Source: Bacillota bacterium
GTDB lineage: Bacteria > Bacillota > Clostridia > Oscillospirales > Ruminococcaceae
Reading direction: 5' to 3'
DNA length: 64,000 bases
Assembly (NCBI GenBank): GCA_023458875.1
Contig: JAEWXO010000046.1
Span: 178-64,177, forward strand
Shown here: in pieces, positions 1 through 10,118 of the stretch
Numbering within the stretch: position 1 is the stretch's first letter
How the letters are laid out: every line of letters starts with the position of its first letter
Position numbers and translations under genes: made by a program
Notes under the pieces: generated by a model
The model's input: only the letters and a program-made list of their open reading frames with translations
The model's database searches: none
What the model was told of the DNA's origin: nothing

Positions 1-1442
1 ACATTTTCATCAACGCGTGAAATATTTATTTTCTTCTCTTTTCTTACTTTTACAATGATAGCATATATACAGGTTACTATACCCAGAATGAGAAATGCTA
101 ATACGAAAGGTTTATTCAAAAATACTATCGTTGTTAATGACAATCCAATGAGAGAAATAGAAGCATATACAAGATTATTACTTGCATGTATAGGTTCAAG
201 ATTTACAGCATAGCTTGCGTTGTGAAGTTTTTCTTCTGCAAGCAGAAGCTTATGCTTTGAAACCTCCTGAAAATGAGTATAATCCGATTCAGCAGTCTGC
301 AGCTTAAATCCTTCCTGCATAATAAGATTATTTAATTCCTCAAGAGCAATTTTCTTGCTTTTATATTCTGAGTTAAGACGGGACAATGCATATTGTGTGT
401 CTTCAATGTAGCCGTTTGTATCACATATGAAATCAAGAATATCGGCATTATCTTCAGGAGTGTATCTTTCAAGTTGTTTTAAAAGAAATTGCTTTTTTTG
501 TTCCAGGGTTTCTTTTTCCTGCATAACAGATTTTATGCTGTCAAAAGCTTCACGACATTTTGAAAACGCCTTTTTGTTTTTATTTGCACGTGTTTCAGAA
601 AACTGAGATGATTTCTGTTCATAAAGCTTTGACATTTCAATAAAATTCTGATGAGAATTTACGGAGCTGTGTAATCTTTCAAGTTCACAAAGCATATCCT
701 GAATATCGATCTCTGATTTTATTTTTTCATATTTAAGATTAACCAGGTCATATTTTTCTTTAAGCTTTATGCAGTCATCCTGAAGCTTGAGCTTATCATC
801 TTCATCTTTCTGGGCCTGTTTAAGATCACTTTTCATAGTTGAAATTAATGTAAGCTTTTCATTGATTACAGAGGAAAGGCTCATTTTATCAGTAGAACTG
901 TTGTAATTATTCAGTCTTTTTAAAATTTTTGCAGAAGAAACCGACTCGTTTGTAGTAGAAATAAAATTTGATAATATTGAAGACATAACATCAGTATGTG
1001 CGGTTTTAAGAATAGCGACTGCTTCTGACTCGTTTATGTATGAATTTCTTTCAAACATGTGTTTGTCAATTTTAAAAATCTCTTCTCCCGGGCTTGACGT
1101 GCATGGAAGATATTCTGTTTTGTTTTTACTTACGTTTTTTATTGATGTTTTATCGTTGCTGAAATCTTTAGGGTCAAATTTACGGTCAAGAATATATGAA
1201 CTATTATTACATTCAAATGATATTGAGCCCGACATACATGAACCATCTGAAGGTGTATATCTTGCTCTGTGGCTTTTTCTGAAATTATAAACTGTACCAT
1301 AAAACATAATCCTGATAAAATTAATAAGTGATTTTTTATCAGCTTCATTTACGCCGTATATAAAGTTGAAATTGTTGTTTACTTTAAGTGTTGTATCTTT
1401 TATATTTCCGAAATTGTCAATATGAATTTCATTAATCTTCAT
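1..1442 (-). CDS. YhaN/SbcC-like AAA coiled-coil protein, 3' end outside the window
   Basis: ATG at 1442 overlaps the stop of the upstream nuclease. It translates MKINEIHIDNFGNIKDTTLKVNNNFNFIYGVNEADKKSLINFIRIMFYG (SMC/SbcC-type N-terminus), followed by coiled coil. Absent from the ORF track, probably because there is no stop in the window. Confidence 0.8.
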   Translation of the reverse strand, partial: MKINEIHIDNFGNIKDTTLKVNNNFNFIYGVNEADKKSLINFIRIMFYGTVYNFRKSHRARYTPSDGSCMSGSISFECNNSSYILDRKFDPKDFSNDKTSIKNVSKNKTEYLPCTSSPGEEIFKIDKHMFERNSYINESEAVAILKTAHTDVMSSILSNFISTTNESVSSAKILKRLNNYNSSTDKMSLSSVINEKLTLISTMKSDLKQAQKDEDDKLKLQDDCIKLKEKYDLVNLKYEKIKSEIDIQDMLCELERLHSSVNSHQNFIEMSKLYEQKSSQFSETRANKNKKAFSKCREAFDSIKSVMQEKETLEQKKQFLLKQLERYTPEDNADILDFICDTNGYIEDTQYALSRLNSEYKSKKIALEELNNLIMQEGFKLQTAESDYTHFQEVSKHKLLLAEEKLHNASYAVNLEPIHASNNLVYASISLIGLSLTTIVFLNKPFVLAFLILGIVTCIYAIIVKVRKEKKINISRVDEN

Positions 1443-2571
1443 AAAAATTCACCTCGCCGTCAAATGCCCTGAGTCCGATGTATAATGCATTTTCATAAAT
1501 AATCTTTTCCGCCTCAGATTTACATGCATTCATTTTTACAAGCATCTTTTTTACAAATATACCCTTTAAAGAAAAATCTGAAGCAAGCAGCTGAATATTT
1601 GTATCAGGTCTTGAATTATTTTTTACTGAAACATAGTACAGCGTGCTGGCAAGCTCTAGTGATATGGATTGCGGATTTGGAAGAAAGCCTTCGATTGATT
1701 TTCCTGTCAGTGTTATTCTGTATAGATTTTCCGCATATTTATCACCGTAAACATGTTCAAGCTTACGTAAAATTGATTTTGCAATCTGAGTATTGGATGC
1801 AAGAGAAGAAATATCAAAATTTACATCTGCATAAATACGGCTGCTTGTCTCAAAAAATTCAAGATTAACCTTATGCTTGTATACGTCTCCTATGTAAACG
1901 CCTTTACGGTCTGTTTCATCAAATCCGTTTCCGTCAGGTGTACCTGAATAGGCGTAAAATGTATTTTTGGCTTTAAGTACAGGTGTAGCCAGATGAATAT
2001 GTCCCATAGCAATGTAATCAAATCCTGAATTTTCGATTTGCTTTATTGTTATAGGATTATACTTGCTTTCCTGATTTTCTGTAACAATATCTCCGTGATA
2101 AACCATAATGTTTATCATGTTGTCATCCGGGACCTTAAAATCATTTTTATTGCTGTTCTGATAACTGCTTACAAATGATGATCCGAAAAGCCGGAGATTC
2201 TTTTCCGGAAATTCAATCATGGAAAAATTATTATAAAAAATAATGACGTTTGATGACCAGTCATCATCACTATATGGAGAGTCTACAGCATAATAATCAT
2301 GATTACCTGCAACAATTGCAATTTTTACATCAGGGATTGATGCAAACATGCTTTTGACTGATGATATAATTGTATTGTCAACGTGATTGCTGTCAAACAG
2401 GTCGCCTGCAATAATAAGAAGTTCTATTGCTTGTGAACGACATATTTTTACTATATTTTGAAGTGTATTAAGAACCTCAAGCCGTCTGCTTTTAGATTTA
2501 TTTTTCAGAAACGCCAGCTCAGCACATAAATGCAGATCAGCGCAATGTAAAATTTTAATATGATCAGGCAT
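1432..2571 (-). CDS. SbcD/Mre11/YhaO-family metallophosphoesterase (DNA repair exonuclease)
   Basis: Motifs HCADLH, AGDLFD, GNHD, AMGHIH and YSGTP; coupled to the AAA gene. Confidence 0.9.
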   Translation of the reverse strand: MPDHIKILHCADLHLCAELAFLKNKSKSRRLEVLNTLQNIVKICRSQAIELLIIAGDLFDSNHVDNTIISSVKSMFASIPDVKIAIVAGNHDYYAVDSPYSDDDWSSNVIIFYNNFSMIEFPEKNLRLFGSSFVSSYQNSNKNDFKVPDDNMINIMVYHGDIVTENQESKYNPITIKQIENSGFDYIAMGHIHLATPVLKAKNTFYAYSGTPDGNGFDETDRKGVYIGDVYKHKVNLEFFETSSRIYADVNFDISSLASNTQIAKSILRKLEHVYGDKYAENLYRITLTGKSIEGFLPNPQSISLELASTLYYVSVKNNSRPDTNIQLLASDFSLKGIFVKKMLVKMNACKSEAEKIIYENALYIGLRAFDGEVNFYED

Positions 2572-2856
2572 ATTATTTCTCCTTAATAGATTAGTACATT
2601 GATTATACTTTAAGTTAATTATAACATATATCTAATATTAAGTAAAGTAATTTGTGGATTGAGATGTTAGAAAAAAGTGAACCATATTAGTGATATTGAT
2701 GTATTTGAACATATTTATAATCATAAAACTATTAACTGTTTTTAAATTTGTAAATATGTGAAAAACTTTTTAATTCATAAAAACCGATTATTGCATATTT
2801 AATTATGTTATGATATACTTAAATGTAATAAACTAAAAACCAGGAGAGTAAATATT

Positions 2857-4005
2857 ATGACAGAGAAGTTATTTGATAAAAATGCTTACTTAAAGAATTT
2901 TACAGCCAATGTGCTGTCTTGTGAAAAAATAAAAGAGAACTATGCGATTATACTTGATAGAACAGCATTTTTTCCTGAAGGCGGCGGACAACCTGCTGAT
3001 ACAGGAACTTTAAACGGCGTAAAAGTAACAGATGTTCAGGAAAACAAAAACAATGACATTGTTCATTATACGTCTGAGCCGTTGGAACCGGGTAATGAAA
3101 TTACAGGAGAAATAGACTGGAATAAAAGATTCAGACGCATGCAGAATCATTCGGGTGAACATATTATATCGGGAATTATTAATAAAAATTTCGGTCTGAA
3201 TAATGTAGGATTTCATTTAGGAAGTGAAGATGTTACTGTAGATATTGACGGTGAGCTGACACGTGAAAACCTTAAAATGGTTGAGTATATTGCAAATACA
3301 GCAGTAATCGAAAACATAGATATCATAGCTGAGTATCCGTCGGCCGATATTCTTAAAAATCTTGAATACAGAAGCAAGCTTGATCTTACCGAAAATGTAA
3401 GAATAGTAACTATAGGTGAATACGACAAATGTGCTTGCTGTGCACCGCACGTATTAAAGACAGGTGAGATAGGGCTTATAAAACTCCTTGATTTTGAGCG
3501 TTACAAGGGTGGAGTACGCATACATATGCTCTGTGGATTTGATGCTATTGATGACTACACACAGAGGTATGAAAACATATCTGAAATATCATCAATGCTT
3601 TCGGCAAAGCAGGCAGATGCAGCTTTCGCAGTAAAAAGAATTGTAAATGAACTAAATGACGAGAAAAAAGCAAAAAATGAATTAAAAAAAGAACTGTTGC
3701 AGATAAAAGCAGCCATGATCGAGCCGTCTGACGGAAATATATGCATTTTTGAAGAAAAATGCGATATGAACGATCTGAGATTTATTGTAAATGAAGCTGT
3801 AAAAATATGTGGTGGAATATGTGCTGCATTTTCCGGAAGCGATGAAAAAGGTTATCATTATGTCATGGCAAGTACATCAGTAAATCTTCGCGAAAAATCA
3901 AAGGAAATCAATACAGCATTAAAAGGTAAGGGCGGCGGAGCTGCAATGATACAGGGAAGCGTTCTGAGCACAAGAAATGAAATAGAAACGTACTTTATTT
4001 CTTAA
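2857..4005 (+). CDS. Alanyl-tRNA editing protein (AlaX-L type) with DHHA1 C-terminus
   Basis: FFPEGGGQPAD, QNHSGEH, CACCAPHV and GKGGG motifs. Confidence 0.9.
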   Translation: MTEKLFDKNAYLKNFTANVLSCEKIKENYAIILDRTAFFPEGGGQPADTGTLNGVKVTDVQENKNNDIVHYTSEPLEPGNEITGEIDWNKRFRRMQNHSGEHIISGIINKNFGLNNVGFHLGSEDVTVDIDGELTRENLKMVEYIANTAVIENIDIIAEYPSADILKNLEYRSKLDLTENVRIVTIGEYDKCACCAPHVLKTGEIGLIKLLDFERYKGGVRIHMLCGFDAIDDYTQRYENISEISSMLSAKQADAAFAVKRIVNELNDEKKAKNELKKELLQIKAAMIEPSDGNICIFEEKCDMNDLRFIVNEAVKICGGICAAFSGSDEKGYHYVMASTSVNLREKSKEINTALKGKGGGAAMIQGSVLSTRNEIETYFIS

Positions 4006-4042
4006 AATTCAGTAAATATCATATAGGAAAGGGTGATATGCT

Positions 4043-4687
4043 TTGAAAAAAATATTTATATTCGCACTTGTTCCTGCGATAATCATGGCTACGGGCTGTT
4101 CGGATTCTTACCCTAAGCCTGATGAAAGTGCATATAATTATGTAACGACACAAGAACCAGGCCTGACATCAGAAAGTCATGATGAAAATGAAGGAAAAGA
4201 TATAAATACATATACAGATGAGTATCTCCTTGAACTTGCAAGAGAAATGTATTTATCAGCATGCAATATGACTGAAAAATATATTTCAGGTTCTGTATAC
4301 TCAGTTGACCACTCATCAACATGCATCAGAGACAATCAGACAGCATATCTCGTATCCGATTCTATGATACTGACAATGGATGACATAAGCAGAGACTGGT
4401 ACAATGTTTTCAGTTCAAAATATGCAGACATATACAAAGATATTTTTACAAATTTTTTTGAAGAAAACAATTCCATATGGGTAATAAAGAAAAAATATCC
4501 GAAAAACTCATATTATCTTGACTCGGTTATTTCCGAAATAAGCAACAGAACAGAAAATGAGATTGAATTCAACGTATTATCAACATATAAAAATGAAGAT
4601 GGCACAAATAAAACATCAAGCATGCCGTTTTCAGTAGCTTATACCGCAGACATATTCAAGGTAGGTAAGTTTATTATGCCTTATTGA
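4043..4687 (+). CDS. Lipoprotein of unknown function (possibly IseA-like)
   Basis: Lipobox MATGC after a hydrophobic signal peptide. Confidence 0.65.
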   Translation: MKKIFIFALVPAIIMATGCSDSYPKPDESAYNYVTTQEPGLTSESHDENEGKDINTYTDEYLLELAREMYLSACNMTEKYISGSVYSVDHSSTCIRDNQTAYLVSDSMILTMDDISRDWYNVFSSKYADIYKDIFTNFFEENNSIWVIKKKYPKNSYYLDSVISEISNRTENEIEFNVLSTYKNEDGTNKTSSMPFSVAYTADIFKVGKFIMPY

Positions 4688-4723
4688 TTTTTATGATATT
4701 TATGTATACAGGGAGGGGATATC

Positions 4724-5290
4724 ATGCGGGTTTTTGATTTTGACAATACCATTTATGATGGAGAGAGTGTTTTTGATTTCTATATTTTCAGTATACGTTA
4801 TAATCCAAAAGTATTAAAATATTTTTTTGTTGTAATATACCATGTCATATGGTATAAGCTTGGACGAGTCAATATGCCCGAGCTTGAAAGAAAAATAAAA
4901 AAATATGCCCGTGATTATGTAAGTTCTTTTAAAAGCATAGATGTAATGGTAGATAAATTCTGGGATAAAAATATTTATAAGATTAAGTCATGGTATGTTC
5001 CGGAATCAGATGACGTTATCCTTACTGCTTCATTCGATTTTATTATGAATAAGCTCCAGAAAAGGGTAGGAATAAAAACCTGTTTTTGTTCAATAACAAA
5101 TTTTGAAACAATGGAGATTACATATCTTAACATCGGTGAAAATAAATTAAAAATGTTTCAAAAAAACTTCGGTAAAGGTGCTGTTGCAGATGAATTCTAC
5201 ACTGACAGTATTCTTGATATGCCAATGATTAAAATTTCAAAAAAGGCTTTTCTTGTAAAAGGAAATAAAATTGAGCGAATTAAAAAATAG
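4724..5290 (+). CDS. HAD-IB family hydrolase
   Basis: DFDNT, LTAS and YTDS..D motifs. Confidence 0.85.
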   Translation: MRVFDFDNTIYDGESVFDFYIFSIRYNPKVLKYFFVVIYHVIWYKLGRVNMPELERKIKKYARDYVSSFKSIDVMVDKFWDKNIYKIKSWYVPESDDVILTASFDFIMNKLQKRVGIKTCFCSITNFETMEITYLNIGENKLKMFQKNFGKGAVADEFYTDSILDMPMIKISKKAFLVKGNKIERIKK

Positions 5291-5359
5291 CAGATAATTT
5301 TCCTAGGGCTCAGAGCAACCGCAAAGTTCGGTCTGTTCGTGCGGGCCAAAACTCCTGCC
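5289..5359 (+). repeat. Dispersed ~70-bp structured intergenic repeat, copy A (degenerate)
   Basis: GCAGATA...GCAACCGCAAAGTTCGGTC.GTTCGTGCGGGC...CTGC aligns with the copies at 5420, 25000 and 29826. Confidence 0.65.
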
Positions 5360-5419
5360 ATACTAATAACTTAACTGTCGTTTCTGAATATTGTTACTAT
5401 TCTGCCATACAATAAAGTG

Positions 5420-5491
5420 TAGCAGATATGTCAGTGAAGTCCGGGCTACCGCAAAGCCCGGTCGATTCGTGCCGATTCGAACCCCCTGCAA
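5420..5491 (+). repeat. Dispersed ~70-bp structured intergenic repeat, copy B
   Basis: GCAGATATGTCAGTGAAGTCCGGGCTACCGCAAAGCCCGGTCGATTCGTGCCGATTCGAACCCCCTGC. Confidence 0.8.
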
Positions 5492-5545
5492 AAGCATTAT
5501 CCTCTATGTGGGATGAACAGTAACAAATATGTGTTCATTATATGA

Positions 5546-5590
5546 AATAATAAATTCTATTATTGACATATATAAAAACTATGTTATAAT
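5546..5590 (+). promoter_or_regulatory. SigA promoter overlapped by a Fur/PerR-like palindrome
   Basis: TTGACA at 5563 and TGnTATAAT ending at 5590; 19-bp AATAATA-AATTC-TATTATT at 5546-5564; lies upstream of peroxide-stress genes. Confidence 0.55.
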
Positions 5591-5639
5591 AATATTAATC
5601 ACTTATTATACAAATGTCTGGCTATATTTATAAAGGGAA

Positions 5640-6251
5640 GTGAATGTTTTGAATAAAAATGCACTGTTTAACATAGGATATGGTTTATATGTTATTACAT
5701 CCAGAGACGGAAATAAGGATAACGGCTGTATAATAAATACAGTTTTACAGGTTACAGATTTACCGCTCAGAATAGCATTTACAATAAACAAAGAGAGTCT
5801 AACTTATGATATGATAAAAAACACCGGTCTTTTCAATATCTCAGTTTTATCAACTGATGCGGATTTTGAAATATTTAAACATTTTGGATTTCAAAGCGGA
5901 AGAGAAAAAGAAAAACTGAAAAATTATCCTGGAGTATTTTATTCCGCAAACGGTATCAGTTATCTTACTGAAAGCTCAAATGCTTTTATTTCCGGAAAGG
6001 TAATTTCATCGACCGATCTTGGTACACATATATTGTTTATTGCCGATGTTACAGATTCAGAAATACTTAACGAAAAAGAATCAGTAACATATGCGTATTA
6101 TCACAAATTTATCAAGCCGCGTCCGACTGATGATAAAAAATCAGGTTATCGATGCAAAATATGCGGATATGTATATGAAGGTGATCCGTTGCCTGAAGAC
6201 TTTATATGTCCTTTATGTAAGCATGGAGCATCTGATTTTGAAAAAATATAA
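5640..6251 (+). CDS. Flavin reductase with C-terminal rubredoxin-like domain
   Basis: YGLYVIT, NGCIINT and GTH motifs; C-terminal CKICGY...CPLC. Confidence 0.9.
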   Translation: MNVLNKNALFNIGYGLYVITSRDGNKDNGCIINTVLQVTDLPLRIAFTINKESLTYDMIKNTGLFNISVLSTDADFEIFKHFGFQSGREKEKLKNYPGVFYSANGISYLTESSNAFISGKVISSTDLGTHILFIADVTDSEILNEKESVTYAYYHKFIKPRPTDDKKSGYRCKICGYVYEGDPLPEDFICPLCKHGASDFEKI

Positions 6252-6276
6252 AACTAAAACATTGGAGGTAAAAAAG

Positions 6277-6816
6277 ATGAATATCGAAGGATCAAAAACA
6301 CAACAAAATCTTCAGACTGCTTTTGCAGGTGAATCACAGGCAAGGAACAAATATACTTATTATGCATCAAAGGCAAGGAAGGATGGATACGTACAAATAG
6401 CAAACCTGTTTGAAGAAACAGCTAACAATGAAAAAGAACATGCTAAAATCTGGTTTAAACTTCTTCACGGCGGTTTCGTTCCGGATACAGTTACTAATTT
6501 AAATGATGCTGCAGACGGTGAAAATTACGAGTGGACTGATATGTATGACAAGTTTGCAAAGGAAGCAAGAGAAGAAGGATTTGATGATATAGCAAATCTT
6601 TTTGAATCAGTTGCAAAAATAGAAAAGGAACATGAAGAAAGATACAGAAAGCTTCTTTCAAATATAGAGAATGAGCTTGTATTCTCAAAAGAAAATGATG
6701 TAATCTGGCAGTGTTCAAACTGCGGTCATATTGTTATCGGAAAAAAAGCTCCTGATTTATGTCCGGTATGTTCACATCCTCAGTCATATTTTCAGGTTAA
6801 AGCAGAAAATTATTAA
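6277..6816 (+). CDS. rbr: Rubrerythrin
   Basis: [25 protein letters not shown] and CSNCG...CPVC; GGAGG RBS before ATG 6277. Confidence 0.95.
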   Translation: MNIEGSKTQQNLQTAFAGESQARNKYTYYASKARKDGYVQIANLFEETANNEKEHAKIWFKLLHGGFVPDTVTNLNDAADGENYEWTDMYDKFAKEAREEGFDDIANLFESVAKIEKEHEERYRKLLSNIENELVFSKENDVIWQCSNCGHIVIGKKAPDLCPVCSHPQSYFQVKAENY

Positions 6817-6825
6817 ATAAATCCA

Positions 6826-6872
6826 GAACGGCATAGGTTTGGTACATACACCAGACTTATGCTGTTTCTTTT
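6826..6872 (+). terminator. Intrinsic terminator after rbr
   Basis: AACGGCATAGGTTTGGT / ACCAGACTTATGCTGTT hairpin followed by a T-tract. Confidence 0.65.
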
Positions 6873-7184
6873 CATGACCTTTTCCTGATTTTATAAAACC
6901 TATGGAATAGCAGTACAAACAGTTATTATGAATTACACAGCCTTACAGACGACTATAAACAGCTCATTAATGTGATGGAGGATAGAATATCACTAATAAA
7001 ACTCAAGCAAATATTGATTTTTGTCGAAGCCGGCCGATACATATAATGTGGGGGTATCCTGATATCACGATAAAACACGATCTCTGTATATTTGAGTATC
7101 AACAGATGATGGATAGAGAGCGTCAAAATATTTTTTGTTTGTCGTGCACAATAAAACAACATTATATGATATGGAGGGGAAGTT

Positions 7185-8975
7185 TTGAAAAATTTATCAA
7201 TTAGTAAAAAACTTATTATCGGATTTCTTATCGTAGCAATTATCGCGGGAATAGTGGGATGTATTGGCCTGATTAATATCAAGAAACTGGAAGACACTGA
7301 CAGGCTACTGTATGAAGAAAACACTTTGGGGATTGTGTTTTCGGGTGATGCCAATACATATTATCAGCGGTTAAGGTATAATATGGCTGAGATGATTATT
7401 CTGAAGGATAATTCTAAAAAGGATGATTATATTATAAAATTCAATAATTTCATAGCGGATATTGATGAAAGGTTAAAGAACTATGAAGCTGGAATTATAA
7501 CGGAAACAGACCGCAACCAGTTCGCACCGCTTAAAACACATTGGGAGCAATACAGATCATTTATACAGAAGGCAATCGATTTTGCAGAGAAAGGGCAATA
7601 CGAACCTATGCAAAAGGTGTTCCTTGAGGATGCCGATGCTTTAAGCTCTGCCTTGATGGATGAATTTCTTGCATTGTATGATTACAACTCTTCCAGAGCT
7701 GAAGAGAGATCTATAAGCAACTCAAAGAATGCAGCAATTTCTACGTGGATTATGATTGCTGTTGTTTTCTGCGCAGTAATGATTGCTATTTTTCTTGGTC
7801 TGGTGATTTCGCGCATGATAAGCAAACCAATCAGAGAAATGGTGGAATCTGCAGACAAATTAGCGAGCGGGAACTTCGATATCAATATTAAGGTTGATTC
7901 CAAAGATGAAACGGGCATGCTTGCGCAGAGTTTCCTTAACATGTCGGATGTCTTAAAAAAGATCATAAAAGACCTTACATATGGGCTGGGCGAGTTCGCA
8001 AAGGGCAACTTTATAGTGCAAAGCCAGGCTCATGACAGCTATGTTGGCGACTTCTACCCTCTGATAGATTCCTTACACAAGATGCGTGAAAATCTCACTA
8101 ACACACTGTTGAATATCAACACAGCAGCCGAGCTGGTGGCGGCAGGATCCGATCAGGTATCCAGCGGTGCGCAGGCTCTTGCAGCAGGCTCGACCCAACA
8201 GGCGTCTTCAGTGGAGGAGCTTACTGCTTCCGCGGAAAAAATTGCGGAGAAGGCGGAAGAAAACTTTGCTGCGATTACTGCCGTGGTCAAGGACGTGCAG
8301 CAGACCAGCGATGAAGTCAACGCCGGAAATGAGCATATGCAGCAGCTTTCACAGGCAATGGCGGATATAATCTCTGTTTCCAATCAAATTGCCAATATTA
8401 CGAAGATGATAGAGGACATCGCCTTCCAAACCAACATACTTTCACTCAACGCTGCTATTGAAGCGGCCCGGGCAGGTGCCGCCGGAAAGGGCTTTGCAGT
8501 TGTCGCAAATGAGGTTCGTAATCTTGCTGCAAAATCTGCGGAGGCCGCCAAACAGACCGGCACACTGATACAGTCCTCCGTCATTGCAGTGAAAAGGGGA
8601 GCGGAAATTACCAATCAAACCGCACAGATTCTCCGTAATGTGGAAACAAGTTCAAACGAAGTTATGGTTAATTTCGGTAAAATCGAACAGTCAATAGCGG
8701 AGCAAAATGTCGCCATAGATCAAATAAAGGACGGACTATCTCAGATTTCCTCTGTTATTCAAACCAACGCTGCCACATCCGAGGAAAACTCCTCCTCCAG
8801 TGAAGAGATGTCCGCTCAGGCTGTCACTCTGCGGGAAGAGGTCGGTAAATTTAAACTGACCGATAAATTTGATGAATCAGATAAACATGTATCAGAATTA
8901 TCCCTTTTCTCTGCAAGTGAACGAAAACTTGAAAATCGTTTGCCGGAATCTGCATTTATATTGGGAAAATATTGA
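7185..8975 (+). CDS. Methyl-accepting chemotaxis protein (4HB sensor, HAMP, signalling domain)
   Basis: Two TM helices, HAMP (DETGML) and the [28 protein letters not shown] hairpin tip. Confidence 0.95.
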   Translation: MKNLSISKKLIIGFLIVAIIAGIVGCIGLINIKKLEDTDRLLYEENTLGIVFSGDANTYYQRLRYNMAEMIILKDNSKKDDYIIKFNNFIADIDERLKNYEAGIITETDRNQFAPLKTHWEQYRSFIQKAIDFAEKGQYEPMQKVFLEDADALSSALMDEFLALYDYNSSRAEERSISNSKNAAISTWIMIAVVFCAVMIAIFLGLVISRMISKPIREMVESADKLASGNFDINIKVDSKDETGMLAQSFLNMSDVLKKIIKDLTYGLGEFAKGNFIVQSQAHDSYVGDFYPLIDSLHKMRENLTNTLLNINTAAELVAAGSDQVSSGAQALAAGSTQQASSVEELTASAEKIAEKAEENFAAITAVVKDVQQTSDEVNAGNEHMQQLSQAMADIISVSNQIANITKMIEDIAFQTNILSLNAAIEAARAGAAGKGFAVVANEVRNLAAKSAEAAKQTGTLIQSSVIAVKRGAEITNQTAQILRNVETSSNEVMVNFGKIEQSIAEQNVAIDQIKDGLSQISSVIQTNAATSEENSSSSEEMSAQAVTLREEVGKFKLTDKFDESDKHVSELSLFSASERKLENRLPESAFILGKY

Positions 8976-8984
8976 TCGAGTAGG

Positions 8985-9030
8985 ATTAAAACAGAGTCAC
9001 TTCTTTTATGATAAGTGACTCTGTTTTAAT
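8985..9030. terminator. Bidirectional terminator
   Basis: ATTAAAACAGAGTCACTT / AAGTGACTCTGTTTTAAT between convergent genes. Confidence 0.8.
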
Positions 9031-9059
9031 TTATTATATAGTAAATAAGGAACCCCATA

Positions 9060-9881
9060 TTATGAAATCAGTATAAGGTCGTCAGTATTTACAGCAGCAA
9101 CAACAATACCATCAAAAGTAATTACAGCTCTTTTTCCGTTAATTTCACTGACAACATGATCACGGTTATATACAAACCCTGCAAGGCTTTCACCACTGTA
9201 TGAATCGGCGTCCTTTATAAGCCTTACGACGCTTCCTTTCTTTATTTGATTCTCAGTTTTTTTAAAACCGTTATATCCGTTGTTTTTGATAATGTTACTG
9301 AAATCTTTATACCCGATATTTAAATCAACATCTGACTTTACGCCATCAATGCATCCGGTATGACTGTACTGCCAGATATCATACGGGTATGTGTAGTTCG
9401 TTTTATCAATGTTTATATGTGCCAGCCAGACAGTATATCTTTTTAATGTTTCCGGAAAAAGTTTGTTTTCAAGAAATGATTTATATGAGTAAATTCCTGC
9501 ATAATATCCTGCATCCTCCATATTATCGCAGAAAGTTTTTACTATATCTGTACAGTCTTTTTTGGAAAGACTCTGCTGAACCTTGTCTTCAATATCAATA
9601 TATACAGGATATTCGGGCGTTTTATTTTTTATTGTTTTAATAAATGTCAAAGCTTCTTGATTTGCTTCCTGTTTTGATGCTGCATAGCTATACCAGTAAA
9701 AACCGCATTTTATATCGTTCTGTTTGCAGCCCTTATAATTATTTTCGAACTGTGCATCAACCTGATCTGATGACTTTCCATAGCCTGCTCTGATAATTGC
9801 AAAATCAATTCCGGATTCTCTGACTTTTTTCCAGTCAATATTTCCGTTATGAGTCGAAACATCAATTCCTTTTATACCCAT
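9060..9881 (-). CDS. GH25 lysozyme/muramidase
   Basis: GIDVS, DIE and WQYS..VDLN motifs; short C-terminal binding-type domain. Confidence 0.9.
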   Translation of the reverse strand: MGIKGIDVSTHNGNIDWKKVRESGIDFAIIRAGYGKSSDQVDAQFENNYKGCKQNDIKCGFYWYSYAASKQEANQEALTFIKTIKNKTPEYPVYIDIEDKVQQSLSKKDCTDIVKTFCDNMEDAGYYAGIYSYKSFLENKLFPETLKRYTVWLAHINIDKTNYTYPYDIWQYSHTGCIDGVKSDVDLNIGYKDFSNIIKNNGYNGFKKTENQIKKGSVVRLIKDADSYSGESLAGFVYNRDHVVSEINGKRAVITFDGIVVAAVNTDDLILIS

Positions 9882-9984
9882 AATTAACCTCCAGATATCT
9901 GAATTGTGGTTAATACTTTCTATATTATATTATATTTATCGACAATAAAAAATGTTACTGATTTTCAGATATTACAACATAAAG

Positions 9985-10109
9985 AATATCCCCGCCTCTA
10001 TAAGCTATGGGTTCTATATTTCCGTTCAGCCGGAGTACAATTTCCGACTGAACGGAAGCGGTTCTTCGAATCGTCTCTGATTGTTAAAAGCAGAGCTTTG
10101 AAGGATAAT
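9985..10109 (-). ncRNA. Candidate structured non-coding RNA, family unassigned
   Basis: 15-bp apical stem (10020-10034/10043-10057) and end-to-end pairing around a large bubble; the G-U wobbles work only on the minus strand. Confidence 0.4.
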
Positions 10110-10118
10110 ATAATTATT

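Noticed and set aside
5465..5490. tRNA (GGTTCGAATC on the minus strand)
   Set aside because: No paired T-stem or cloverleaf; it is part of the dispersed repeat.
5289..5491. CRISPR array or c-di-GMP-I riboswitch at the tandem repeats
   Set aside because: Only two diverged ~70-bp units, no regular spacers and no cas genes. The CGCAAAG resemblance lacks the GNRA hairpin and receptor of the GEMM motif.
6091..6276. N-terminal extension of rubrerythrin in the ORF track
   Set aside because: It overlaps the flavin reductase gene; the real RBS and start are at 6277.
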